A stretch of 64,000 nucleotides of DNA. Source: Setoptus koraiensis (taxonomy: Eukaryota > Animalia > Arthropoda). A program made the position numbers and the translations under genes. The stretch covers positions 7,378,001 through 7,442,000 of the forward strand of contig CM106585.1 of the NCBI GenBank assembly GCA_048013815.1, given 5' to 3'. Shown here one piece after another: positions 62,201 to 64,000 of this stretch (the stretch's first letter is position 1; each line of letters begins with the position of its first letter). A model generated the notes under the pieces. That model did no database searches. It was not told the DNA's origin and saw nothing but the letters and a program-made list of their open reading frames with translations.

Positions 62201-63864
62201 GCCAGCAAAGTGGACACCGACAACAACGACAACAACGACAACAACGACAACAACAACGACAACAACAACAACAACACTAATGCACTTGGCCCAATGTTAT
62301 CTCAATTACACATGAGCAGCCAGTTGTAGTTGCTGTTGCTGGCGCTAGTCGCCATAAGAAGCAGCGCGGCTCGAAATCGCGATTATGTGCTCGCCGAATA
62401 CACGCAACTAAATACATTATGGGGCCCGCCACAATGGCCACAGTTGCATTCACAATGACACAATGCCGTTCGCAATTGCTGAGAACGCAAACAGTTGCTG
62501 GCCATTGTAACAGCCAGTGGCAGAGAAGCAGCCAACTGGTGAAAATGCCAATTTGAATGAACGGCGCCCCAAAGCGGCCAACCGTTCGACAGGCTGGTTA
62601 GACGAGCCAGCCAACAGATAAGGCCAATGAGATACGCAAGCAACTGTGTGCTTGCATCTCGTTGGCCTTGCATTCGGCCATTCAACCAGCAACTAACTAC
62701 CAGCAACCAACTACCAGCGACCAACTACCAGCGACCAACTACCAGCGACTAATGAGCAAAGTGCGCCAACAGCGCCATAGGTGCCCCCAGAAGCAGCTCA
62801 CAGTGTCAATGGGCACGCTTTGCGTTACGTAACGTGCACAACAACAAGCAATAGCAAGTTGGCCGACTAACGAAACGGCAAAGAGTTGAGTGGCCCAGTT
62901 GCATTGTTGAGCGTTTGTTGCAACAATGCAACCACTTTGTTATTTGGCAGCCTTGCTTTTTGTAAATATCTGCTGCTGCTGCTGCGGCCGTTTCTACTCG
63001 CTGCTGTTGGCAAAGTTGTGAATCACAATGTTGTGAATCACAACTCGCCAAGGACGCGCCGCACGTCGATTTGCGAGTTTGCGATTGTGCCAATCTGGCG
63101 AATCTGCGAATGGGCGAATCTGCGAACGGGCGAATCTGCGAATGGGTGAATCTTCGAACGGGCGAATCGTTCGAATCGGCCAACAACGAGCGAGAGAGCC
63201 GCTTCGAAAGTTCGACAGAGCGGCCACGACGCTCATTGAGTTGATCGTTCGGCGAGGGCAACTGTTGGCCGATTGGCCCGAATCAAAACATTGGTCGTTT
63301 CAAGGTTTCGCTGGCGGCGAACTTTAAACTGTGAATAGCAAATCGCCAATTGCGAACTGCGAACTGAGAGAATCGCAAACAACAACAAAATGGGAACAAA
63401 AAGTTGAATAATTGATGCCGCCGATGATGCAATCGTCTCGTCGTCGTGCTCTGGCGGCCTTAGTGGCCGCCAACGATTCTGGCGAATTCGCGAATCGCCA
63501 CCAACAGTTCGGCTTTGGCGCGTTTTTCGCGATGCATTTGCATTTGTTAGCGGTGAAGTTGGCCGTGCAGTTGCGCCAAAAGACAAGTCTGTCGGTTGGA
63601 GGTTGGAAATTCGCAACTCCAAGTTGGCAATTCCAAGTTCGCACTAATAACATGAATGCAACATGAAAAGAATTCTAATTGTCGAGCATAATAACTCGGG
63701 ATAAGCGGCATTAGGGAGAGAGATTACACGAGTCAGCCAGTCTGACAGCAACGACAACAAGCGACTACAATCAATACAATGAGCCATTCTCGCCGTTGCC
63801 GCTAATCCAACAACGGCCGTGCAAATTCTCAAGTTTCGGCCCGTTTCTGCCGATGCTGACAGCG

Positions 63865-63905
63865 CCGTCGTTGTTGCTGCCGTTGTCGTTGTTGTTGTTG
63901 TTGTC

Positions 63906-64000
<95 letters not shown>
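63865..64000. repeat. Compound microsatellite (GTC/GTT)-(GTTGCT)n-(GTT)n running off the window end
   Basis: Direct reading. Confidence 0.97.

Noticed and set aside
7300-64000. Conserved arthropod miRNAs, snRNAs and rRNA
   Set aside because: I saw no match to sequences I remember (only a partial miR-34-like TGGCAGTGTGG near 56670 inside a CAGTGG repeat, with no hairpin); a by-eye scan is not exhaustive.

Overview
Eukaryotic (arthropod) genomic DNA; no prokaryotic, phage or CRISPR features. An acariform mite with a streamlined genome is my inference from the intron-poor genes, AAC-rich low-complexity proteins and absence of CpG depletion; it is not proven. Two genes look intact: a two-exon sine oculis/Six1-2 homeobox gene (6132-7255, +) and an intronless quiescin sulfhydryl oxidase QSOX (33072-36557, -) whose thioredoxin motif reads YCGRC instead of WCGHC. 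Positions ~1.9-3.1 kb hold abutting decayed remnants of a DHRS4-like dehydrogenase and of Van Gogh/Strabismus. Between ~20 and 32 kb lies a repeat and pseudogene island. It contains an inverted, deletion-ridden copy of the QSOX 3' half, interrupted by a DD37E Tc1/mariner element (26-bp TIRs, TA duplication). It also contains two adjacent hAT-type MITEs, a tRNA-like sequence, an intronless RING-finger plus chromodomain gene broken by one stop codon, TTCGAA-rich satellite, two related MITEs with 8-bp TSDs and unrelated cores, and a 500-N gap. The rest (7.3-20 kb, 36.6-64 kb) is apparently non-coding, rich in microsatellites, short minisatellites and several perfect hairpins; most short ORFs in the track there are artefacts.
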